Positions 1 to 12,427 of a stretch of DNA of 64,000 nt are shown here, piece after piece. This DNA comes from Octopus vulgaris (lineage: Eukaryota). The DNA is taken from assembly GCA_951406725.2 (NCBI GenBank), contig OX597820.1, positions 112,654,001 to 112,718,000 of the forward strand, in the 5' to 3' direction. The position numbers and the translations under genes are program-made. The notes beneath the pieces are model-generated. The model ran no database searches. It was not told the origin of the DNA and was given only the letters and a program-made list of their open reading frames with translations. Numbering within the stretch: the first letter of the stretch is position 1; each line of letters starts with the position of its first letter.

Positions 1-150
1 CTCTGGCTATGAGAAAATATTACCTTTACTGACAAGCAGATGAGGGTTGATGGTAGGAAGGGCAGATAGCTATAAAAAATCTGCCTCAACAAATTCTGCT
101 CAATCCATGCTAGCATGGAAAAGTGGTTGTTAAAATGATGATGATGATGG
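1..150 (+). mobile_element. 3' end of an RTE-tailed SINE (degenerate)
   Basis: GGAAGGGCA...CCATGCTAGCATGGAAAAGTGG..TTAAAATGATGATG tail, shared with copies at 37136-37541, 47765-48142 and 63780-63957. Confidence 0.7.
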
Positions 151-1132
151 TGACTAGTATTTCATTCACCTAGGTGGGGATGTTACTTACAATAGACAGA
201 AGTCCTATTCAGGTATGGTCTACTCTAAGTTTACATCATGCAAAGAAGCAAGCCCTAAGTACTGATCCATAAGAGCCAACTGAGGCTTAATTTACATCGG
301 TGTGTAAGAGCAGAGATGACAAGAGATAGTTGACAGTAAGAGCAACAACAATCTTTCCTTGACGAGATACTTAGAGCACTACATATAATTGCTACACCTG
401 CTAATACAATAAGCCATCTCCTTTACTGCATAAATCCAGATTGATGTAAGTGTTGGAAACATAACTTTAAAGTTCTAATCCCTAGGAAAACACAAGGTAC
501 ATGGAGAAATACTTTGATTTCTCTTCAAGTATAAAGTCCCATATTTATAGAAGAGGAGAAATGAAGTTGTGAATTTCATGCTTTTCCCAAGAGCATTCTT
601 TAAACAAAAGTTTACAGTTTGGGATCATATGATCCAAACCCTAATCCCTAACACAACACAAACTTATAAGAGACATCCTATGTAATCAGCTGTTTTGTTA
701 GTACAACAGTGAAATCTTTGCTTAAACAAACCTCATCTGTTCTAAATTCATTTCTAGGGAATTAGCGGATAGATGTCAAAACCCCTAATTCCTGGTACAA
801 TATGATTCACTGAAAGAACTTCAACATGAGTCATATCTAAATAATTGATCTCTAAAATAATTGACCTCCAGATAAAACACTATTGTTTTCAATACTTGAA
901 CCTTATCATACATATGTTAATAGAAGGAAAACCCAGATAAGGTTTCACCCTTTTGTTACCATATATCTATTGGATTATATGACCTTAGGTTCAATTAATT
1001 ACGAAAATAACCAAGAATTTAGTAAAATAATTCTGATGTTTGGAACATAAATTAACATGAAATTTTGATGGAAAGTTTTAAGTTCACTTTAATCCTTTGT
1101 TACCATATTTCTGTTGAAATACACTGTCTCTA

Positions 1133-1640
1133 GGAGGCGCAATGGCCCAGTGGTTAGTATAGTGAACTCGCGGTCGTAGGATCGCGGTTTCGATTCCCAG
1201 ACCAGGCATTGTGAGTGTTTATTGAGCGAAAACACCTAAAGCTCCATGAGGCTCCGGCACAGGGTGGTGGTGAACCCTGCTGTATTCTTTCACCACAACT
1301 TTCTCTCACTCTTTCTTCCTGTTTCTGTTGTACCTGTATTTCAAAGGGCCAGCCTTGTCACACTCTGTGTCACGCTGAATCTCCCTGAGAACTACGTTAA
1401 GGGTACCCGTGTCTGTGGAGTGCTCAGCCACTTGCATGTTAATAAATGAGCTGCAACGTCACTGGTGCCAACCTGCATAAGCCTTTGCCTTTCCCTTGGA
1501 TAACATCGGTGGTGTGGAGAGGGGAGGCTGGTATGCGTGGGTGACTGCTGGTCTTCCATAAACAACCTTGCCCAGACTTGTGCCTGAGAGGGTAACTTTC
1601 TAGGTGCAATCCCATGGCCATTCATGACCAAAGGAGGTCA
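1133..1640 (+). mobile_element. tRNA-derived SINE (GGAGGCGCAATGG head), chimeric 3' end
   Basis: Pol III A box TGGCCCAGTGG and B-box-like GTTTCGATTCC; body matches 52447-52826 up to ~1443, then switches to the tail seen at 44650-44840. Confidence 0.85.
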
Positions 1641-1715
1641 CACCCACACTCTCTGTTTCAATTAATTTCGAAAATAATGAAGAATTTAGTAAAATAGCTA
1701 TCATTATTAAGCTTA

Positions 1716-1858
1716 TGTGATTCCATCAACATCAGTTTTGCCTGTCATCTTTTTGGGGGCCAAGAAACAAATTATCAGTCAGGCACTGGAAGTAATGTAC
1801 TCAACTTGCCCCCTACTCCTAAATTTTTTGACCTTGTCTCAAAAATGAGAAAGAACTA
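1716..1858 (+). mobile_element. degenerate SINE, family A
   Basis: TTTGCCTGTCATCTTTTTGGGGGCC..., a decayed version of the family A core GCCTTTCATCCTTTCGGGGTCGAT. Confidence 0.6.
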
Positions 1859-2208
1859 TTAAACAGGTATTTGGAACATGTATGAAATTTTGAAAGTCTG
1901 TACTATAGAACTAGGGCAGCCTCGGGCAGGTTTGTATTAAAAGTGTTAAAGGAAGATTAATGGACTGATAGTGTATAATTTACAGCAAATAAAACTTATT
2001 TTCAATATTCAATTCCAAATCTTAGCTATTTTATTTCACATACATTGCTGATTCTCTTTAAAAAAGATTGAATGCTACATGATCTTATTTGTATGAGTGC
2101 CTGTGTATGTAGATATACCTCTCAATGCATGTTTGTCATATATACAATCATTGTATATGGCAATTTTATGTATACATAAATCTATGTCCTTTGTAAAAAT
2201 GACTACCC

Positions 2209-2254
2209 ATGTGTGTGTGTGTGTGTGTGTGTGCGTGTGTGTGTGTGTGTGTGT
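2209..2254. repeat. (GT)n microsatellite
   Basis: Direct reading. Confidence 0.95.
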
Positions 2255-2499
2255 GAATGTGTATATTTCTGTATGTTGACGCACAGAAGCCACAGTAGTT
2301 AACTATCTTTTTGCATTCTGCTGTATAATACCTTCACAAGATGACAAACAGCATGTAATGCCAGGCTTATTAGAAGAGCCAACTCTGTATATTTTTAGAC
2401 ACAGAAACAGATGATATTTTTTTACATCCATTTTATGAGTATATTTGTGAACACATTTATATGAATGTGCTTGTATCTTTTCCATCATTGGGGGCCAGT

Positions 2500-2505
<6 letters not shown>

Positions 2506-2555
<50 letters not shown>
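2506..2555. repeat. (GA)n microsatellite
   Basis: Direct reading. Confidence 0.95.
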
Positions 2556-2558
<3 letters not shown>

Positions 2559-2855
2559 TGGTAAGGTAGCTCTTAATGACGAACCCTTTCCATCAAGAAT
2601 GGTAGCACAATCATAGCCACTACAACCACTATCACTTGCAATAACAACAACAGCAACAATCAACAACAGATACAATAATGGCTTCATCGATATTAAGTCT
2701 GCCCAGAGCTATAATGGTTATACACTTCTACTGAGGGGAGGGTGACACAAAACATTATGCGTATAACAAGCAGCTAGACATCCACAGTCACATAAAGAAG
2801 TACACCAATTAACAAATAGCTACGTAGTGTACATACGTAGTGTACATACATAGCT

Positions 2856-2857
<2 letters not shown>

Positions 2858-2916
<59 letters not shown>
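2858..2916. repeat. (TA)n microsatellite
   Basis: Direct reading. Confidence 0.95.
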
Positions 2917-2919
<3 letters not shown>

Positions 2920-3631
2920 TCAGCTATATGTGTAACTACTTAAATGTAAATAAATATTGTCAAATACCATACAACATGAATTCTTGAGTGAATCAATATT
3001 ATCTCTGCGTGCAGTGGATGTATCATAATTATCAAATGGTAATTAAGACCAGTTCCAGTTGAGAAGGGGATTGAAGAACGTTGTACTGCTGGTTACTAAC
3101 CAACAACTGCATATACATGCCAACAGATACAGGTGTTTAGGCCTAAGTCAGCAGAAACCATGAGAAGATAAAAGGTGTTGGTGGTTTGTGAAATGATGTC
3201 AATTTCTGTGTGCATGTGTGGACAAAAGGCATCCCCCCCACCACGTCCACATGGAAAGATATGTGGTAGTGTTTTCTTTTTGTAATGTTATTATCACCAC
3301 CTCCATCATACATATTATTTCATATACATATTATTAACATTACCATCATGCATGTCACCTTAATTAGATCAGAGTTACCTTCAGCCTCAATATCATCTAA
3401 CTTCAGTATTCATTATCCTTCTTGATTGTTATAGTTATTGTAGTTGTGTTCCTTCCACTCCTGTGTGAAAGAAATAACAGGAGTAACTCCAAATACTCAA
3501 CAGAATTTACCTGAGTTCAGCCAGGTAAATTTCCTTAACTTAGTAAGTTGTAAGTATTTGAGGTTTGAATATGTTATGCTGGCTGCAAAATATTATGAAA
3601 GATGATATTTCATAATTGAATTTTTATGTAT

Positions 3632-4012
3632 TTTAACCTTCTTGATGCTAACTCATCTCAGACTGTCTCTGGTTTCATGATACAAACAGCTTATTTCAAA
3701 GTGATCCAAACCAAATCCTTCTGTCAAAATTTCATGTTAATTTATGTTCCAAACACCTGCTAATTTATGCCAAAGTTATTTCACCAAATCCTACATTATT
3801 GAAGCAAAGACAGTGGATTTTGACAGAAGTATGGTAACAAAGGGATTAAAGTGGTCAGAATTAAAAGCTATCATCAAAATTTCCCATGAATTATGTTTCA
3901 AACACTTGCTCAACTCTGCTGAAGTTATTTTACTAAATTCTTCGCTATTTTCAAAATTAATTGAAGCAGAATCAGTGTATTTTGACAGAAATATGGTAAC
4001 AAAAGGGTTTTA
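3632..4012 (-). mobile_element. piggyBac-type MITE, two-unit form
   Basis: TTAACCTT at the left end, GGTAACAAAAGGGTTTTAA at the right end, and an internal second terminus GGTAACAAAGGGATTAA at ~3833-3849. Confidence 0.7.
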
Positions 4013-4125
4013 ATGATGGGAAAAATGTATCTTCTGACTAAAACTTAAATCTTGATGCCCTTAGTTCTGTGTTTTTAACCATTCCATAAAGATGTACTTC
4101 ACTTCATAACAGTTTTATAAGACAC

Positions 4126-4256
4126 ATTCTGCCGAGGTCGTCTTTGCCTTTCATCATTTTGGGGTCAATAAATTAAGTACCAGTTGTATATTGGAGTCAA
4201 TCTAATCGACTGCCCCCCTCCCCCAAAATTTCAGGCCATGTGCCTAAAGTAGAAAA
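4126..4256 (+). mobile_element. SINE family A, 5'-truncated
   Basis: GCCGAGGTCGTCTTTGCCTTTCATCATTTTGGGGTCAATAAATTAAGTACCAG. Confidence 0.8.
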
Positions 4257-4785
4257 ACAGTTTTATAAGATAGAATTCTATGAAAGGAAGTTTTAAAATA
4301 AGGAGATTAATTTCCAGATGTACTTGAACTAGTGATCTCTTAATTAAAATACTTCTTAAAAAATCTGCCAACAATTTGTACTTTTTGCAATCAAGGTCAG
4401 AGTGTAATCTCTAAAGAGAACCATGTCAAATGTCTTTTTTCCCAAACATCAAATGTTATATTTTAAAGTCAATTAGACTTCAGAAAGTGTCTCTTTGTCT
4501 GTTTACCTCAAACATCAATAACAAAACTGACGACAATTGCCAACAGTAGCAACAGCATCAATGGTTACAACTACCACAGCAGCAGTAACAACAGTAACAA
4601 CAGCAATAACAAGATTGACTACAACAACAACAACAATGGAAACAACAACAACAAAAACAACCACAAGAACAACAAAAGTAGTTACACCAACAAGCCAATC
4701 TATGCATGGATGCCTGACCTGCAGGAAATAGCAGCCAGGTTTCCCACAGTTCATACCCTAGTGTCTTATCAAAAAAAAAAAATAA

Positions 4786-5460
4786 GGATCTTTTCAGTTT
4801 GGCTGCCCCTGTGGAAATTTTAAAATTTAGTGTATTGATGTAATTTTTAATGCTGATTTTCAGGAGATTATTCACTTTTTCCAGAAAATTTTTAAAAAGA
4901 AGTTACAAAGGTTTAAAGTTTGATCATTTTTACCCAGTCAGAAGACAGGATTTGGAAGCTGTTATTTTGTGCGTGACAACATGTGTTGTCAACTGTAAAG
5001 AAACGAAATATTGGTGGAATTCTATTTTATGCACGCCATATAACCCATCAAAACAATTTTTACTTTTTGGAATTTTCAGAAAATTTTTGCGAATTTGTGT
5101 TCTACACACAGGAATTCAAACGATTATACAAAAAGAAAAAAGAATTTTGTGCGTTTATTAAAGCCTATTTAGCAGTTATTTTTAGCACATCTCATACCGT
5201 ATGTGTTTAAGCATTTAAGTAACAAAATGAACACATGATAAGCAGCCCGACAACACTTGGCTTGTTACTATGGACACGTGTCTGTGGCTTTCGACTGGCT
5301 AAAATTACGCAAAATTTGCTAACTTTAAAAGCTATTAACTTTTTATTTATTGTTTTATGGCGAAAATGAATTCCATGTCTATGATTACTTTACAAAACTT
5401 AAAATAATACGCCAGTTAAGAAATCAACAGGAACAAAAGTTGAAGAAATTGAAAAGGTCC
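4786..5460. mobile_element. non-autonomous DNA transposon (MITE-like) with ~15-bp TIRs
   Basis: GGATCTTTTCAGTTT at 4786 and inverted AAATTGAAAAGGTCC ending at 5460; the same terminal motif opens the repeat at 24387. Confidence 0.5.
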
Positions 5461-5785
5461 GAAAATACTGTCTCATCTGGTCAGTGTATGCTTAAAGATT
5501 AACTAAACTGCATAACTTTAAACACCTGTAATTTCATGATTATTATCTTCTAGAAAAAATTGAACGTGATTTTCGTGATCAGCATACGAAACTGCATCAG
5601 AACTACGTTTTGAAAATAATCTAATGAAAAATTTGAACATGTTGGAAGACAATATGAGGGAAAAAAAGTAGTGGGGTTTCACAGAATGCTTTCGAATCAG
5701 AGGTCACCTCGACCTGATCTAACTTGTAGCTAAATTACAATATGAGCAGATGCAGTTTTTTGACAAACACCGAAAACAGTAATAA

Positions 5786-6003
5786 CCTTTCTACTATAAG
5801 GCACAAGGCCTGAAATTTGGGGGATGGCGGCGGGGATCTAGTCGATGACATCGACCCCAGTCCTAAACTGGTACTTATTTTATCGACCCGGAAGGATGAC
5901 AGGCAAAGTCAACTCCGTCGGAATTTGAACTCAGACACGAAGTCAGATGAAATGACGATAAGCATTTTGCTTGGCGTGCTAACGGTTCTGCCAGCTCGCC
6001 GCC
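5786..6003 (-). mobile_element. SINE family A, full length
   Basis: Head GGCGGCGAGCTGGCAGAA and B box GAGTTCAAATTCC on the minus strand; TSD AACAGTAATAAC at 5775-5786 and 6010-6021. Confidence 0.9.
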
Positions 6004-6141
6004 TTCGAGAACAGTAATAACAATAACTATCATAGCAACAATGCTAAACTACGACAATGATCACAACAACGACCATAAATCACTAACCACTACAACTACG
6101 ACACCGACTATAAAAACAATAACAACACTGAAAAAAGAAAA

Positions 6142-6360
6142 GAAAAGATAAAGTTCCTTGCGAGTCATATTGACTCACGGGGCTGGTTTTCATGGCATAT
6201 ATATATTCCCCAAAGGAGGGATGCCGGTCCGTGGCAGGAATATGCCTACACATTTTAGCCAGCCGAATGGACTGGAATAACGCGAAATAAAGTATTTTGC
6301 TCAAGTACACAACGTATTGCCCGGTCCGGGAATCGAAATTATAATCTTAAAATCATGAAT
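6142..6360 (-). mobile_element. tRNA-derived SINE with CORE-like segment (degenerate)
   Basis: Minus strand reads TTTCGATTCCCGGACCGGGC...TGTGTACTTGAGCAAAATACTTTA. Confidence 0.55.
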
Positions 6361-6385
6361 CTTACAAATCATTTTGTAAATTCTA

Positions 6386-6434
<49 letters not shown>

Positions 6435-6479
6435 AATATATTTATATATATGTATGTATATATACATATACGTAAACAT

Positions 6480-6690
6480 GTATGTGTGTGTGTGCCTTTG
6501 TACACCACATTACCGCTTGATAACCGATGTGGCTGTGTTTATGTCCCCGTAACGAGACAGATAGAATAAGTACAGGTTTAAAAAAACAAGACCTGCAGTC
6601 GATTTGTTCACCCAAAACCCTTCAAAGTGGTGCTCCAGCATGGCCGCAGTCAAATGACTGGAACAAGTAAAAAAAGATAAAAGAATTTAA
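6480..6690 (+). mobile_element. SINE family C, 3' half
   Basis: GGTGCTCCAGCATGGCCGCAGTCAAATGACTGGAACAAGTAAA. Confidence 0.8.
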
Positions 6691-7483
6691 AAAAAAACTC
6701 CATTGCAAAAAAAAAAAAAATTGCAAAAGCAGTATTGGTGTTCGGGGAAAGAATGAATATCACAACCTCATATTAATTACATATCGTTATATAAATCTCA
6801 GGCAACCTTTATGGTTTATAGTACAAAAAGGGGAAAAAATGTAAGAAATGACAAATCGGAAAAAGAGAAATCTGATAAAAACACGGGAAAAAATATTAAT
6901 TGAAGAGAAATTTGTTGTAAGTCATTTCGTGTGATGTGATTTATTGTGAAGGAGTTTGTAGAACAGTTACAGGCTTTCTCATGTTAGCAACCACCCTCGA
7001 CCATCACCATTACTGCCAACACCGCTACCAACATCGACCACTAGAACTGCTGCCGCCCGTTAGAACCACGACCAAAACACTACCATCACCATCACTGATC
7101 ACTGGAACCACCATCAACACCACCATCATCGACCACCGAAGCCGCCGCCGCCACCGCCACCATGAATCCAAAAGTGCAATAATAGGAGAAAAAGTAAATC
7201 GAATGATTTCCTGGAGTTTTCTGATTTATATTCTTTCCTGTTACTGAATGGTGGCAATAGGGTGGTGGTGGTCGAGGTAGGAAGTAGTAACAGCAGTACT
7301 GGAAGCTGTGAGGTGACTGAATAGTGTTGGGGTGGGGAGAGATCAACGGTGATTAGTAGAAAGTAGGTGGAGACGATTAGAGCAGGCGATAGTGGTGTGT
7401 GACGTTGGCATCTTTGTTTCCTTCCAGAGGTGTCCAGTCACTACTCGGAAAACGTCACCACCACCACCACCACTACCACTAGT

Positions 7484-7813
7484 GGAGGCGCAATGGCCCA
7501 ATGGTTAGGGCAGCAGACTCGAGGTCGGAGGATCGCGGTTTCGATTCCCAGACCGGGCGTTGTGTGTGTTTATTGAGCGAAAACACCTAAAAGCTCCACG
7601 AGGCTCCGGCAGGGGGCGGTGGCGACCCCTGTTGTACTCTTTCGCTCCAACTTTCTCTCACTCTTTCTTCTTGTTTATTGTCCCCGACTTCCTACGACCA
7701 TCAATGCTCTCGGTGTCGGGGGTTGACCTGCTTTCTCTTCTGCGGGTCTTACGAATAGCAAAGGACCACGTTTCGGACTTCTCCCGAAGACCGCTTCGCT
7801 CAACAGCAACAGC
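7484..7813 (+). mobile_element. tRNA-derived SINE (GGAGGCGCAATGG head) with (CAA)n-ending tail variant
   Basis: Same head as 1133; tail homologous to the minus-strand copy at 50056-50424. Confidence 0.85.
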
Positions 7814-7864
7814 AACCACCACCAACAACAACAACAACAATCACCATCAGTAAGGTACAATATG

Positions 7865-8167
7865 GGGGGAACCTCTACGCGTTCACTTGACCGGCTAAAA
7901 AGAGAGATCAAATTTTCCTCAAGTTTCTCTCAATCACCTTAAAAAACAGACTCACTGAAAATGAAAAATGACGAATGGTTTACGGCTCGAATGCCTTTGG
8001 TCATAGACCGTTCGATCAAGACTGACCAGGAGCGAAACAAGAAAAAAGCAACCAGACTGTTCCCATGTTACATTCTACAATCTTTAAAATGTAGTTCTCG
8101 ATACAGTAGTCCTGAAAAGATGGGGCGGCCATGGTTGGAATGTCTTTGAGTTGGGGTTAAACAACAA
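7865..8167. repeat. unclassified interspersed repeat (SINE-like)
   Basis: GAACCTCTAC..CACTTGACC.GCTA and GAATGCCTTTG.TCATAG motifs recur at ~17288-17450 and, inverted, at 60111-60312. Confidence 0.5.
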
Positions 8168-8572
8168 AAGTAGCTACATCGTTGCCAAAAAGACCTATAC
8201 AACCATTTCTAACCAGTTGCCACTACACCATCACCACCACCACCACCACCACGAGACAATAAGTGGTTACGCAGTCTGCTAGAAATAACAGTGAAATTTT
8301 CTCAAAAATTGTGCTTCGACGGCGCCAGGCCAAGGGAAGCCCTGGCTCGCGAAATTTAATTTTAATGTGACCAGTCACACCCTATTTTATTTCATGTTCG
8401 TGATTTTCTTTTCACTGGAGTCTCACTTGATGTATTTCCGGGACAGACCTCGCTAATTTGTCGCTGTAGTGCGTTTGCTTCTCATTAAATTTGTTAAACA
8501 GAAACCAATGGATTAATACCGTAAATAATATCTTCCTTACTTTGGCATTTTATTTCCTGTCTCTCTTATTTT

Positions 8573-8701
8573 CGGCACAAGGCCCGAAATTTTTGAGGAG
8601 GGGGACCAGTCGATTAGATCGACCCCAGTACGCAACTGGTACTTAATTTATCGACCCCGAAAAGATGAAAGGCAAAGTCGACCTCGGCGGAATTTGAACT
8701 T
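8573..8701 (-). mobile_element. SINE family A, partial
   Basis: GAAAGGCAAAGTCGACCTCGGCGGAATTTGAAC. Confidence 0.85.
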
Positions 8702-9950
8702 GACGCTAAATAATGATTAAGTAAAGTGCATGCCTAGGTCCAAAAGCTTTTTACAAACAACGTCTATTTTTTCAATTTTAATATCAACACAAACATAGGC
8801 ATATTAATAATTATTATTACTATATTTGTACAGTAACCAGATCAGATAAATCCAATGATGGAAGAGTAATGTTTCAAATCTCTCCAAAAACGTTTCTACT
8901 CTCGTTCGTGCAAAAAGGATGTTCAAAATGTCTTCATTGCCCCAACAAAATTTTAGGGAGAACGCTTGCACACCTTAGAACCCTCCCCCAACTGTTCCTG
9001 AACCTATGATTAAGTAAAGGTAAGTCTTCACGTGTTTTTGAATGGCTATTACCTACGGTCGCAGGTCAAATCACCAGACATGTACGACACCGAAATTCCA
9101 ACAGCTTCAACCAGGCTATCAAAATCCTACGTTTGTTACATACTGCCTAGAGAAGACAACTTCTTTTCATAAAATATTGAGTCTTACTTGAGCAATAGAA
9201 CCACTTATTAATCAAATAATCAGCAACCATGTTACATGAAACTAATTCCGCCGTTTAACTCCGATTAGCAAGCACCGCCTCCTTTTTCTGACATCGTGAA
9301 ATTACTCTAACTAGACTTTTCAGCAGTGGCGGCTCGTGTATAGGCACTGCAGAACTGCAGCACCCCCTATTCCCACTCGATATCACTGATAACATTCTAT
9401 ATAATGAATCCATTTTTCTTTAATTCATTCTTTATACTTGTACATTAAGCTTAATGTCAGTAGCCATCCCCTAGTTTATGAAAAAATACAAAAATCCTTG
9501 TATAGAACTGTACGTTTCACAGATTCTGCGACGCAGTGTTTGGCTTTTGTGCGCATGCTCACATGTTTCGAGATAGGAAGCTGCATGCTAGGGAAAGAGA
9601 GCACTATGGTTCACACAGTGCCGACCCTGGTGTGCTGGTAGTGTTTCTTTTTGACTCCGCGTGTGTTGTGCCTAAAAACGTGTTTATATTCTTGAATATG
9701 ATAAAGTGTAGAATTAGATTATTATCCTGCTTCCAGCTTCAGTGTTGCTGCCAGGATTTGAAAAATAGGGCGGATTTCCCCACCCCTTATTTAGTGAATT
9801 TTGTACTTTTGGCCGTTAAAAGAAATCATACTCATCATCATCCTCATCGAGGTTTTTTTTTTTTACATCACCACCACCACCACCACCATCATAACTGCAA
9901 TGCGGTAAATGACAGGATCCGTAGCGCACAAAGAAAAAAAATAATAGTAA

Positions 9951-10300
9951 ACAAGAGCACTCAAAGAGCGCAAACCTTCGCCAAGGCAACACCAACGTCC
10001 TCTCAATGATTAGACTGAGATGATTTTTAAAATGAGAATATCTGAATTAAACTCGACTACTCTCACAAACGAGAATATTAAAGATGAACACGACCGCTCT
10101 CAAAAATTAAGTAAATAAAAACAGGAAAAACAATCCAGTATCCTTGTCCCCAAATCTAATCAGTTCGTGCCAATCATGAGGCCAAACATCCCTGAAAGTT
10201 TCATCCGAATTCATCCAGCGGTTCTTGAGATATCTTGTCCACGGACAAACAAACACAACTGGACACAATACCTCTGCCTTCGCTGAGGCAGAGGTAATAA
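9951..10300 (-). mobile_element. Helentron-associated non-autonomous element (HINE/DINE-1-like)
   Basis: Palindrome TACCTCTGCCTTCGCTGAGGCAGAGGTA at one end; matching subterminal motif ACCTTCGCC plus GCACTC/GAGCGC hairpin at the other; (GTTT)n microsatellite next to the 5' end. Confidence 0.65.
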
Positions 10301-10730
10301 ACTCTCCTTCAGTAAAAACCACTTAGTTCTATGTCTCTTTATGAGTTCAGTTCAAATTCTGATAGGTTCAACGACTTTTGCATTCATCCTGGCAAGGTCG
10401 ATGCAATAAAAAAAAAAACAACACCACGACAATAAAACAAAACGATAAAAAAAAAAGCAAGCAAAAAAAAACACATTTACTGAATCGAATTAATCGATTA
10501 TGCTTCCTCTAAAATTTGTAACCTTCTCTTTTAGAAATCAATATTATCACAATTGCTTCCATTATTGTAACTTTTATAGATGATATTTTCATTCTTTGCT
10601 TTCCTGCTGTTGTTGTTCTTGGCACTAAAAGTTTGTCCTGACGTTGCTTCAATTGTGGTTTGTGGCAGAATGGTTTATTTCTTCTTTTTATTAGTTTTGT
10701 ACCGTTGTCTTTTAACTGGTGGCAAAAGCC

Positions 10731-10781
10731 TTATTACTATTATTGTTATTATTATTATCATTATTATTATCATTATTATTA

Positions 10782-10833
<52 letters not shown>
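10731..10833. repeat. (ATT)n microsatellite
   Basis: Direct reading. Confidence 0.95.
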
Positions 10834-10834
<1 letters not shown>

Positions 10835-10919
10835 TACAAAAGCTTCCATGAAGTTGTTGTTGTACCCCCTCATTTGTCTATCATTAGTGCTATATTATCA
10901 CTTAACCTTTCACCTCCAA

Positions 10920-11442
10920 CAATCATCATCATCATCATCATCATCATACTGCACCTAATAACGTTGCTGCTGCCACCGCAACAATGCAACAACAATTAGC
11001 AATATCGGTTGTTTTTGTTTTTAACCCTTACTATATCACCCCCCACCCCTTTTCACAACAAACTCAATTACTACCACTCCACCACCACCACCACCAACAA
11101 CAACAACATGTTATTAATCTTACTATTATCAACAACTTTATGACTACTAACTCTACTACCACCACAACAATATTTTCTATACCAACTACTTTATCAATGG
11201 GAACCGTATCATCACCACCAACGTTATTATCCTCACTGCATCAACCGCTTTTATTCTTACAACCCTACCACCACCACCACCACCACCACTAAACAACAAT
11301 ACTATTACACCACATTGACCATTACTTCGAGTAAACACCAGCAACAACAACAACTGCTGTTATCCCAATCACTATAATCACTTGGTTGAAAGAACAAGAG
11401 TGGAAAGGAGCAACTATCATCGTCTTCATCATCCTCATTTGC

Positions 11443-11479
<37 letters not shown>

Positions 11480-11700
11480 GCAGTAGCAACAGAAACAGCA
11501 TCATGATGTGCAATAACAATAATTGTAACATCACCAGCAATGACAACGACAACCGCAACAACAATAAACTCGAGTCCGACAATAAAAACCACATCATCGT
11601 CATTAATTTCTTAAACAATAATTTCACCATTGCTTGCAAAAAACAACAGCAACAAATATAAAAGACAACATAGAAAGAACAGCAACCTCAACAACATTAA
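10920..11700. repeat. low-complexity (CAT/CAC/CAA)n cryptic simple sequence
   Basis: Mixed trinucleotide runs; source of the poly-H, poly-I, poly-D and poly-M ORFs. Confidence 0.85.
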
Positions 11701-11702
<2 letters not shown>

Positions 11703-11749
<47 letters not shown>

Positions 11750-11825
11750 TACAAATGTGTACATATATATATATATATACATATACATAAGAGAGAGAGA
11801 GAGAGATATGTGTGTACGTGTGCAT

Positions 11826-11859
<34 letters not shown>

Positions 11860-11860
11860 C
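11703..11860. repeat. compound (TA)n/(GA)n/(GT)n microsatellite
   Basis: Direct reading. Confidence 0.95.
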
Positions 11861-12427
11861 TCTCAAGGTTACAACTGCAAAGAAAACTACCACTGCAATA
11901 ACAACAGGTGAATGCGACAGAAGTGGGAAGAAGGGGTGAAGGAAAGCCAATTAAAGGGGTGAAAGAAAAAAATGTGGCGTGGCGAGGGTGAGGGAAATGA
12001 AAACCAGCGTTCAAAGAAAGCATTAAAAACAACAACAATAACAAAAAGGTAATGATATCTATGTTAGCTGGTCCAATTAGTGAGATGAAAAGTTCTGTTG
12101 TAATCACTAGCGCTGGATCTTGTCAAGAAACAGACACAAATGACGGTTAGCTGGTGTTTCGGTTTGTTTTTTAATGGTTGTTGTAATAATTTTTAATTTC
12201 TTTTTTGTTTACTTTTTGTATTGTGATTTTTTATTTGGTTTTGTAAAATCTAAAATGGCCGCCATTCACAAAGATGATGTTGGTTGGAATGTGAGAACAC
12301 TTTAAAAGGAAACAAATTAAGTACCGTCCTCCATGTTGTGTTGTCATGGTTTTTGCTTTAACATTTTTGTTTGAAAATATTTCCCTTTCTTTTCCCCTCC
12401 CCATTATTATTGTTATTATTATTATTA

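Larger units (their letters stand above)
944..1949 (+). mobile_element. piggyBac-type MITE (two-unit form) interrupted by two SINEs
   Basis: Starts TTCACCCTTTTGTTACC, second unit starts ~1089 (TTAATCCTTTGTTACC), ends AAAAGTGTTAA; body homologous to 3632-4012, 38086-38305 and 39167-39734. Confidence 0.65.

Noticed and set aside
1133-1205. tRNA-like sequence with A and B boxes (also 7484, 14671, 22616, 52826)
   Set aside because: These are SINE heads: no complete acceptor stem, and each continues into a repeated body and tail, often with a TSD
2457-2687. Minus-strand ORF MKPLLYLLLIVAVVVIASDSGC.. resembling a signal peptide
   Set aside because: The hydrophobic run comes from a cryptic (TTG)n repeat and the ORF runs into (CT)n; no convincing splice donor or homology
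4515-4875. Thr-rich, Val-rich and Cys-rich (metallothionein-like) ORFs
   Set aside because: All are translations of one (ACA/GCA)n low-complexity tract
8713-9019. 14-bp direct repeat ATGATTAAGTAAAG flanking ~280 bp
   Set aside because: Could be a TSD, but the insert has no clear family features; too weak to call
10580-12107. Cluster of 60-140 aa ORFs with poly-I, Y, L, H, D and M runs
   Set aside because: Microsatellite translations
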